Virus record (IMG/VR): IMGVR_UViG_3300032288_002265 | Coordinates: 9,328-73,327 of that record | Length of the DNA: 64,000 nucleotides | Source: a virus | Direction: 5' to 3' (one strand) | Shown here: positions 1 through 10,200 of the stretch, one piece after another | How positions within the stretch are numbered: position 1 is the stretch's first letter | How the letters are laid out: each line of letters begins with the position of its first letter | Notes under the pieces: generated by a model | Told to the model about the DNA's origin: nothing | What the model saw: the letters and a program-made list of their open reading frames with translations, nothing else | The model's database searches: none | Made by a program: the position numbers and the translations under genes

Positions 1-1
1 C

Positions 2-1240
2 AAGGCTCCCGTCGCAGAACTGCGGAAGTCCGTTGAGGACAAGAAGGTCCAGGAGCAGATCGACGCCAAGCAGAAGGCGGTCACTGCAGAGGAGGATTTC
101 CAGACGGGCCGTCTCGCCACTGATGCGGGCAAGGGGGCGCTCACGCAGTACAACCAGCTTCGCCAGGAGAAGGCTGACCTGCTTCGGAAGATGGTATCCA
201 TGTCAGGCGCACCTGATGATGTGTTAGTCGACAAGGCTGCTGTCGGCGCTCGAATGATCCAGCTGATGGGCGAAGGCGACATCAGCATGGCCCCTGATGA
301 GATCGAGATCGGCAAGAAGCTGTACGACCTGATGACCGATCCGAGGAACACGGCTCTCAAGACTTCTATCCTGGATGTGATCCGCGCTGGTGATCGTCCG
401 TCGATGGAGGCACTGAGCAAAATCCCCGGCCTCACTCCTCGCGATCAGGCTTTCCTTATCGGGCTAAACGCTCGTGCGATTTCTGACGTGACCAGGCAGG
501 ATCCTAAGATGATCACCGCTCTCGCTGCGGCTGATCGCAACTCGATCTACAGCCAGAAGTACTTCATCGCTGAGCAGCTGAAGTCGATCGACACGGAGAT
601 GAACCGGATGACCTCAGAGTTTCCTGCTCTGCGGAAGATCCCGACGATCGACATGGAGCACCTTACGTCGCCGAAGCCCCCGGCCCAGCCGAGCGGTGGC
701 GTGCCTGGTGGCCCTCCTGTTAGCGCGTTCCCGGCTACTGGGGCCACTGCTAGCCAAGCATCCCTCGGCTCTGTTGGAGGTGTGTCGGTCAACGGAATGC
801 CGCCGATGCCTCCTGCTCCTATGAGCGTGGAGCAGGTGCGTGCTAATCGTGGGGCAGTGCCAGAGCAGTTCGGGCCTCCTGGACCGCGTGACGCCTTCAT
901 CCAAGAGGGAATCCGTCTGGGTCAACTCGCGGCTCGTGGTGGCGCGAACACTGCAGGTATGCAGGCGGATCTCACCACGCCGTTCTACGAGAACGTGGCG
1001 TCTACGCTCGGCATCAAGCCGCAGCAGGTCGGCGCGAGCGTCTTCGAGAAACGTCCTCGCAGCATCGTCGCAGACAACTTCCCGAACGATCAGTTCAACG
1101 CTCTACCCGAGGATGTGAAGAACAAACTGTACCTCGACGCTCTTGCTGCTGCAGCGAACACGCCGAAGCAGCCGTATTCAATTTTCGGTAGGAAGTCGAA
1201 CGAACTCCCCTTCTTGGACTGGGCCGTCAACCGCGAGTAA
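2..1240 (+). CDS. 5'-truncated virion protein, probably internal/ejection protein
   Basis: The frame of ORF 191..1240 stays open back to base 2 (KAPVAELRKSVEDKK...). Helical with a Pro/Gly linker; lies directly upstream of the giant ejection-type gene. Confidence 0.55.
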   Translation, partial: KAPVAELRKSVEDKKVQEQIDAKQKAVTAEEDFQTGRLATDAGKGALTQYNQLRQEKADLLRKMVSMSGAPDDVLVDKAAVGARMIQLMGEGDISMAPDEIEIGKKLYDLMTDPRNTALKTSILDVIRAGDRPSMEALSKIPGLTPRDQAFLIGLNARAISDVTRQDPKMITALAAADRNSIYSQKYFIAEQLKSIDTEMNRMTSEFPALRKIPTIDMEHLTSPKPPAQPSGGVPGGPPVSAFPATGATASQASLGSVGGVSVNGMPPMPPAPMSVEQVRANRGAVPEQFGPPGPRDAFIQEGIRLGQLAARGGANTAGMQADLTTPFYENVASTLGIKPQQVGASVFEKRPRSIVADNFPNDQFNALPEDVKNKLYLDALAAAANTPKQPYSIFGRKSNELPFLDWAVNRE

Positions 1241-1246
1241 CCCAAA

Positions 1247-4200
1247 ATGCCTAACCAGCTTGTTGAGTGGTGGCGCACACAGCGCCCCGAGGATGCCTCT
1301 TTGTCGGACGACAGTCTGACGATGAAGATCGCGTCGATGGCCCCGGACTACAAAGCCCAGGGCAAGGACATCTTCGCCGACTACCCAGACTTCACGGCCG
1401 ACTACAACTCGCTGCTCGAGCGGGCTGGCAAGGAGTACCGCCGTGGCACCGCGACGCTCGGCAACGAGGTTAGCCGTGGCTTGCAGCGTGGCATCAGCGG
1501 TCTGAAGTCGACGGCCTACGGTGCTGCGGCTCTGGCGGCTGACGCCATTCCTGGCACGTTCGCTGATCCTGCTCGAGATGCCCTGCTGCGGAAGTACAAG
1601 ACTGCACAGGAGGATGCGTCTCAGGAGGATGTCACCCCGGCAGTTGGGTCGTACAAGGAGGTTGGAGATCTGCGAGATGCTGGTCAGTACGTCGCCGGCC
1701 TCGTTGGTGAAGGTCTACCGTCCGTCGCCGAGTCCATGGTTACTGGTGCCATTGGTGCTGCGGCTGGCAGCGAGGTGCCCGTGGCCGGCAACATTGCTGG
1801 CGGTATCGCCGGCATCGTCGGAAAGCAGGCGGCGAAGCGGCTCATCGCCAAGAAGATCGCTGGCTTCACGGCCCAGGAGATCGAGGAGGCCGCGCTCAAG
1901 GGCGTCGGATCCGAGGCGCTGAAGCAGCTGGTGCGTGCCGAGACCAAGGCGATCACGTCCACTGCAGGCGCTGCGCTCGCCAGCACGCTCAACAGCTACG
2001 GCTTGAGCGCGGGTGAGATCTACGGCGAGCTCGCGACCAACCCGAACGTCAAGCCTGAGGACGCCCTGGGCATCGCTGTTGCCGCTGCGATCCCGGCTGC
2101 GATCGCCGACACGGCTCTGCCCGGGTACGTGATCAACAAGTCGGGCGTGCTGCGCCGGCTCGCTGGTCAGATCGAGAACTTTGGTGAGACCGAGAAGCGT
2201 GGGTTCTTTGGGTACATCACCAGGCTTGCTGCCGAGGTTCCCAAGGTCTCGACCATGGAGGCTGGCACCGAGGCGTTCCAGGAGCTCGTCAACATCGCCG
2301 CGACCAAGTACGGCGAGACGGGCAAGTTCGACCTATCACTGACTGAGGCCGAGAAGGAACGGATCATCAACTCCGGTATCGGTGGCGCTGTCGCTGCCAC
2401 CACCACCGCCCCGCTCGCTGCCGCCCGCTTCGACAAGACGGAGCAGGAGGCTACCGCCCAGGCACCGGCTGCTGCTGCTCCTGCCCAGGCGCAACCTGGC
2501 TCTCCAGCCGCGCCCGCCGCACAGGCAGCGCCTGCTGATCCCACTGCTCCTGCTGCTCAACAGAACCAGCCAGACACCGCCACGGACGTGCTCGAGGCTG
2601 GGTACGACACGAACATCGACGGCATCAAGGATCTCGCCCGCAGAAAGCTGGCTGGTGATGACGTGTCTGCCGAGGAGGCTGCACTGAAGCCTGATGCCGC
2701 TCGCCGCTACCAGCGCGAGGTGATCGCTGCGTCCGAGGCGAAGGCTGCTGCTGAAGCTACTGCTCCTACCGAGACGGCTGCGACTGCCACGGAAGAGAAG
2801 AAGACTGAACCTGAATCGAAGAGCGCCCTCACTGCTGAAGCGCAAGATCTCCTGAGGAATGTGGATGCCGGCGGCGTTCCTGTATTCATCACCGCAAACC
2901 TCAAGCGGATTGCGTCTGAGAACGGCGTCACGATCGAGGGATCTGACACTTCGAACAGCGTGATTGAGAAGCTGCGGAAGAAGGGTGCGGAGACCGATCC
3001 TGCTCCGGATTCGACATCTACTGATGCTGGTGGCGAGGAGAAGAAGTCGACGATCAACCTCACCCCGATCGATTACACCGACAACCCGTCCTGGGATGCG
3101 GCCACCAGGACGTTGAACCGCACGAGCGGATCGGCCCGCGTCATAGATTACTCCGACCGGAAGATCGTCCTGGTCAACGTGAACGGGCTCAACATTCCGT
3201 TTTACCTATCTACCGGACAGGCTAAAAAAAAGGAGGTCGCTGCCGGCAAGTGGTACCCGATCTTTGGCATCTCCTCGGATGGGTGGCTCAACAAGGGTTC
3301 CCAGAAGGAAATCAACAACTTCTACGGGAGCGAGGAGCTTAAGAGGATCGCCCAGCAGTTGGACGCTGAGCTTGGTAAGGATGTCAAAGCGGACATTAAA
3401 GTGTCCAACAGCGCGGTGTTTTCCTCGGTCAACGGGTTCCTAAAGGAGCTCGGGCTACAGCCTGTCGAGAACGAGCTCAGCACCACGGTCGATGATCTCA
3501 AGAAGAACATCTCAGCAGTCATCGCTGAGATTGAGCGTCGCAAGGCTTCTGCCTCCGAGCCCACTCCTGCTCCCACTCCCGCACCGGCTGCTGATGCTGC
3601 ACCGACCAACGTCGACGCCGATCCTGTCGACCAGGCTGAAGAGGGTGAAGACTTGCAGCTTTCTACGGAGGACTCTGCGGCGAAGCAGTCCATGTCGAAG
3701 GACGCCAAGGCTGCTCAGAGCCAGGTCGAACTGCTCAAGAAGAAGATCGCCGCGATCGAAAAGCTGACGGAGCAGCGATCGAAGGAGATCGAGCCGGCCC
3801 AGTCGTTGATGGATCGGTACATCGCCGCCGATGCGATCACCAACAAAGAGGAGCGGGCGGACGCTCTCAAGGCGCTCGAGGGTGAGCTCAAGAAGTACGG
3901 CGGCGTCGAAGGCCTGCAGAGCCGGCTCCAGACCCTGAATGTCCTGGAGACCGACAAGAACGGGAAGCCGAAGCTGCTGCTGAAGCCGGTCAGTGACGAC
4001 CCGCGCAAGACAGTGTCGACGCGGCTGAACTACTACGCCAAGAAGCTGAACGAAGCGCAGTCGAAGTTGATGATGATCAACGACGACATCGACACGCTGA
4101 TGATGTCTGCCGCTCCGTCCGAGCGCAGCCGGATGCCGGCGTACTACGAGTCCGGTGACGAGTCGGAGCAGTCTGGTGAGCTTATGCGCCTGTACGGCGA

Positions 4201-7200
4201 GTCGCTCAAGGCCAAGGGACTTGCCAGGCAGACCGCGCTGAACGAGCTCGGTTACACCCTGACCGCCGACGCTCGTGGCAAGGATTCCAACCAGCGCCAT
4301 AGCCGACGCCTCACCGCCTGGGTGAAGCGCAGCGAGGCTGGCAATCCGACCGAGATCATCGTCACCACCTCGCACCGCGAGCCGATCCCTAAGAAGTCGA
4401 AGAGCGAGTTCAATCCGGTCGACCGGTACGTCTTCGCTGTCTCCAACACCGAGTACCTGCAGGGCGGTAACAAGAAGAAGGTGACCGAGAAGAAGGCTGA
4501 TGTCCGCACGATCACCCAGATGATCGACGACGGCTTCATGCCGTACTCCTCGATCCTGCTGGGCTCTGCGCGTCACCGTAGCGTCGAGCGGTTTGTCTTT
4601 CAGGAGGGAGGTAAAACCGCGCTCGCGCAGTACAACGAGATGTTCGGCGAGGCCAAGCAGGCTGCTGCCGCCGGGAAGCCAATCGAGACTGGGTTCGGTA
4701 AGAACGAGGACGAGATCATCAACGAGGCCGCGAAGACCGCTGCCGAGGAGTTGTCCGATGTTGAGCTCGAGTACGCCAACAGGTTCTTCCAGTACATCCG
4801 CGACCAGTTCCTAGAGCAGTCGGCTGAGCTCCTGGACAAGGGTCGCTTCTCTGAGGCGCTCGAGCAGAGCTTGCTCGGCAAGATGATCGGCGTGTACGAC
4901 GAGATGGTTTCCAAGAACGCCTCGGAGACCGACATCTCGAATACGTTTTCCAGGTCGTTCAAGAGCGAGATCGAGGGATTCCTCAAGCAGGAGAAGAAGT
5001 TCGCTTCCGCCCGTGACATGGCGGTCATTGCTGAGACCCTGCCGTCCTACTTCGCTGGATCAGCCTTGAGAGCGACGATGTCCGCTCGTGCCGATGCACT
5101 GAAGCAGACGTATCAGGACATCAAGCTCAACGCCCTCAAGAAGGCGATCGGGGAGAAGAACAATGAGAACAATCAAAGTACCTCAGGAACTAAGGCAGTC
5201 AGTCCCACCGGAGCAGCTGGTAAAGCTGATCGAAATGGTGGCGGTGACGGCAAAGGCAATCGGGTCGTCTCGAAAAAAGATGCTCAAGCAAAGGTCGCCA
5301 AAGCAGGCAAGGCCGCAGCAGGTAGCGTCGCGTCCAAGAAGCGTACCGCCTCCCGAGCAGATGTAGCCAAGGCCACCGCTGCGAAAGCGGACAAGCCCAA
5401 GCGCACTGACGCTGCCTCCAAGGCCAAGAAGCAGGCAGCGAAGAGCGAGGTCGTCAAGCGGGAGACCAAGTACGTCTTCAATCCGAAGACCGGACGGGCC
5501 GAGCAGGTCTCGAACAAGATCATCGAGGCCGGCACGCCTGCGCCTGTCGCGAAGCCTAAGAAGGCTGGCACCAAGAAGGAGGCCGCTCCGAAGAAGGGCA
5601 CGAAGCCTGCCGCTCCAGAGCAGCCCAAGCCCGAGGCCAAGCCCGAGCCGACGATCGAGCAGCGGAAGGAGGCCGCGCTTGAGGCTGTCGCCAAGCTGCT
5701 CGCCGCGAAGCTGATCAAGCGCAAGGAGTACAACGGCCTGATCGACGCGATCAACGCCGGCACGATTGCTCAGATCCAGGAGATCCTGGACAAGTCCCAG
5801 GCTGCGGAGAGCTCGGCCAAGGACAGTAATTCGGTGGTCGCGCTGAAGGAGACCGTGCTCAACCTCGAGGAGCAGGGCCTGATCGACAAGGTTGTCAGGA
5901 AGGCGATGCTCAAGAAGATCGACCAGAACGCCTCCAATCAGGAGGCCTTGGCGAAGTTCGAGCAGGAGCTCAAGGACTACAGCGACCGCGAGGCGAAGAA
6001 GACCCGCAAGCGCCTGTCCCAGGCTGACCCTGAGGCCATCGAGTCGGTCGACCTGCAGAGCGGGCGTATCACCCCGGTCGAGCTCGTGCCCAACTCGATC
6101 GAGAACATCGAGCACAACATCCGCCGCTTCAGTCAGCCGGCCAGGAGCCTGCTCACCCAGAGCATGGACGCCGAGTCGGTCTCGCAGAAGTACCCCAACC
6201 TGATCACCGCGCTGCGTCGCATCGCCATCGAGGCTGCGACGGACTCCAGCCCGATGAGTGTGATCCGCGCCACGATCGCCAAAGCGATGATGGACCGCGT
6301 GGCTAATACCGGTGCCAAGCTGATCTTCGTCGATCAGTCGATCACCCCTGGCGTGCTTGGAAAGTTCGACCTCCGGAACAACGAGATCGTCATCTACACC
6401 GGGGCGCACTCGACCGACCTGGACCTGCAGGCCACGATCCTGGAGGAGACGCTGCACGCCTTCACCTCGAAGACGCGCCTGGCTTTCGACACCAACCCTG
6501 AGTCGCTGAGCCTCGCCCTGCGCGATGCTATCACCGGACTGAACAGCCTGATCGAGGCCGCGAAGAAGGCGGGGCTGAAGTGGCAGGAGAGCGACAGTGC
6601 GGATGCCGCCGTGGCGTTCGACGAGTTCGTGGCTGCTGCCGTTCGTGACGACCAGTTCAAGGCCCAGTTGGCCAAGATCCCGTTCAACAAGGACTTCGGC
6701 ATCAAGAAGGCGACGACTCTGCTCGAGGCGATCAAGCTGCAGTTCTCGAAGATCCTCGAGGCGATCGTCAGCGCGTTCCCGATCTTCGGCAGTGGAGGCA
6801 AGACCGGCGGGATGACCGCCCTCGATGCCAGCGCAGCGTTCATCAACGCGATGGTGACCAACCACCAGAAGGTGGCCAACGAGCAGGGTGGCAAGGAGCA
6901 GCGAAACCGCTACGTCGAGGGCACGCTCGGGACCGGTGCCGACATCACGGTCGATGGCAGTCAGTTCTCGGCCGACGCGACCGCCGAGGCCAAGCGGCTT
7001 ATGGCGCTGCAGAACCTGATCCAGGATGCCGCCACCCGCATGGTCGATATGTGGAACCGGAAGGGGAACAACCGTTCCTCGCAGGGCACCCAGCTTCTGA
7101 GCAATGACCAGGCGATCAAGAACATGATCCTGGACATGATCAGCAACTCGATGCCGCTGCCGTCCGACGCCAAGCAGGCGATCAACAAGGCGCTCTCAGA

Positions 7201-10200
7201 CCAGGGTGCCAGCACGATCTCCGACGCCATCACCATGGGCGACCTGGAGCAGAAGAGCGATGCGCCCAAGGTGGCTCGCGACGGACTCAATGCGCTGAAC
7301 ACCGTGCTCTTCAACCTGAAGAGAATGCGGGCCGAGGCAGAGGAACTGTTCGGCAAGAAGAACATCCTCCAGAAGATCGCCGACTCGAGCTTCGAGATCA
7401 GCGAGCTCACCAAGAAGTTCGAGGACATGAACTTCATCGGGAAGGAGTTCGTGAAGGAGCTTCGCCGCTCGATCGATGAGAGCGAGGACGTTGGCGCTGG
7501 CTCGATCGCCAAGGCGATGGGCATGACGACCGGACGTAAAGCCTCGTTGCAGAACGCCGCGACCTGGATCCAGGCGAACCTCAACGCCTACACCGACGCC
7601 CTCGTGGCCTTGTCCGAGTTGGGCGTGGACTTCAAGAACACCCCGCCTGCTGACATCCTCAAGACCGTCAACGCCGCCGCAGCGACCGACGCGAGGCTGG
7701 TGCCCATGCAGGACATTGGTCGGCTCGCCATGGCCGGTCAGTTCGCCCGCCGTCGCCCGATGGTGATGGACTTTCTGGCCACCCGCAGCAGCGGTGAGGC
7801 CGGTGCCCTGCGCTCGATCATTGCGATGGCCACCAGCAGCCGTGCCGACGCCATCGAAATGGCCAAGCGCGACCTGTCGAAGCTGAAGCGGATCGGTGGA
7901 ATCGCTGCCCGCATCATCGATCAGTTGTCGGAGATGAAGGCCGAGCACCGTAAGATGCTTGACCAGGCCAAGCTGCACGCTGAGCGCGAGCAGTTCGCCG
8001 TGGATGCCGAGGCCGCGCTCACCGAGCGGATCAAGTACCTGGATCGAATGCTGCAGGTTGAGGACACCTCCGGTAACAAGCTGTGGCAACCGCACCACAA
8101 CGCCACCTACTTCGTACCGACCTCTCCGAACCAGTCGGAGGAGTCGCTCTTCGAGGACAACCCGACCTCCCAGTCGTTCCGGAAACTCCGGTTCGGCCAG
8201 GACTTCGACGGTGCCAAGGTCCGCAGCGAGCTCGCCCTGATGAAGGGATGGCTCGACGCCAACCAGAACCTGCGCGGCACCTCGAAGTACAACCTGATGA
8301 AGCGTCAGATCGACGGACTCACCAAGATGTATGCCGAGGAGGTCGACGCCAACGTGCGCCGTGGACCGTTCGGGTTCCTGGTGCGAGCCCTGGGATCCAG
8401 CGCCGACCGCCTTGAGCAGCTTGGCCTGCTGTCTGCCAAGGAGGCCGCGACAATGATCCGCCGGTACGTAGCGTCGTTTGAGCAGTCGCTGAAGTCGGTC
8501 GATGCGAAGTCGTTCCACGAATACGATGCGCTGATGCGGAAGGGAACTGAGCTCAGCGGCTTGCACCCGCTCGAGTTCAAGCGCCAGTACTACAACCGTG
8601 CGCTCGGCTACCTCGAGACCCGTCAGGATCTCCTGAATCCCACTCTCACGCAGCAGGCTCAGGAGGATCTGCTGGTGCGCGAGGCGATCCGTTTCATGGA
8701 CCAGTCGACTCCGATGAGCGACGAGTTGAAGACCACCGTGGGGAACCTGCTCCGCACGGCCGGTCGAAACGGCGAGATCATCATCGGCCGCAACCGCGTG
8801 AACTTCGGTCTGAAGGTGGCCGACGTGATGAAGGATGGTCGAGTCTACCTCCGTGAGCCCATCGGACATCCGCTGTCCACCGCCGCCCGCAGCTTGGACG
8901 AGAGTGTTCGAGTGTTGGCCAACAAGATGGAGGCTGCGTGGAAAGAGACATTCACTGCCAACGGCGAGCCTGATACTAAGCTCAAGCCGGCTACCGTCTC
9001 GGGCCTGTACACCACGGACGTGAACGCGCTGCGCTCTATCCTGGCCGGCCGGTTCACCGAGGAGGTGATGTCGAAGTTCGTGAAGCCGCTGGTCAGCAAG
9101 ACCGGCAAGACTAACTTCAAGGGGCCTGAAAGCCTTGGTGTGGTCGACATGGCCAAGCGGGAGAACCTCATCGAGGCCTACCGGCTGGCTGGTGGCGACA
9201 TCATCAAGTTCGCCGAGGAGCTTCACCGACTCGAGGGCGGCGACCCTGCCACGCTCGCTGACTTCGTTGGCGAGACGATTGGCACGCTCCAGAAGTACGC
9301 CTCGACCCTGTTCCAGGTGGCGGACACTGCCGGAAAGAACGCGGACGAGGATGCCGACCCTGGCCTGAACTTCCTGAACGCTCGCCAGGGCGAAGACTTC
9401 CCGTGGGAGTGGCTCGACTACAAGGAGTACGGCTACAAGAACCGGACTCGATACCTCCGTGTGATGGCTCAGCAGTTTGCATTCGGCGACAACCAGGATG
9501 GATTCAATCGCCTGGTCGAGGAGTCCCGCCGGCAGCTGATGAAGTTCAAGGACGAGTACGAGGATGCTCACAAGAAGCTCAACGCTGGCGACCGTGCCGG
9601 CTACGAGAAGGCCCTGAACGAGGGCGGCAACCGGATCGCCCGCCAGAACGCCCAGGCAAACGTCCTGGAGTTGAACGCCGCCGAGAAGCACCACTCCGCG
9701 CTGATGAGCGAGCTCAACGGCAACAAGCAGTCAGCCGGTGTGTTCTCCGAGATCCTGGGAGTCATCTCAGGCATGACCGTGCAGGGTCTGGCGACGGCCG
9801 CGACCGACTCGGTCACGCTGTTCGAGGCTCCGTTGCGGAAGTTCGGCTTCTCCAAAGAGGCCATCCAATTCATCGCCGGAACCTGGAAGGCGCTGGGCAC
9901 CGAGATTGCCGGCACACTGGCTCAGGCGTTCGGGATGCAGTTCCACCAGGACACCGCCACATCCCGTGAGACCGACATCCTGAACCGCAACGGCCTGGCT
10001 GACAGCGACAGTATCACCTCCAGCCGTGGCTTTGCGGCCTTGCACGAGCGGTACATCCAGGAGCTTGCCGAGGAACTGACCTTCTCGGCGATCACCGATC
10101 GGTACAAGAACGAGCGTATCACGATGGCCAAGGAGCTCGCTTCGGGCGCGGTCAAGCGCGTGGCGAAGGCTGGCAAGGTGTTCCTCGAGTCCGGTATCGG

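Noticed and set aside
7196-9694. 832-aa minus-strand ORF, and similar ones at 5183-6865 and 3512-4576
   Set aside because: Antisense shadows of the GC3-biased giant gene; no motifs and typical shadow composition.
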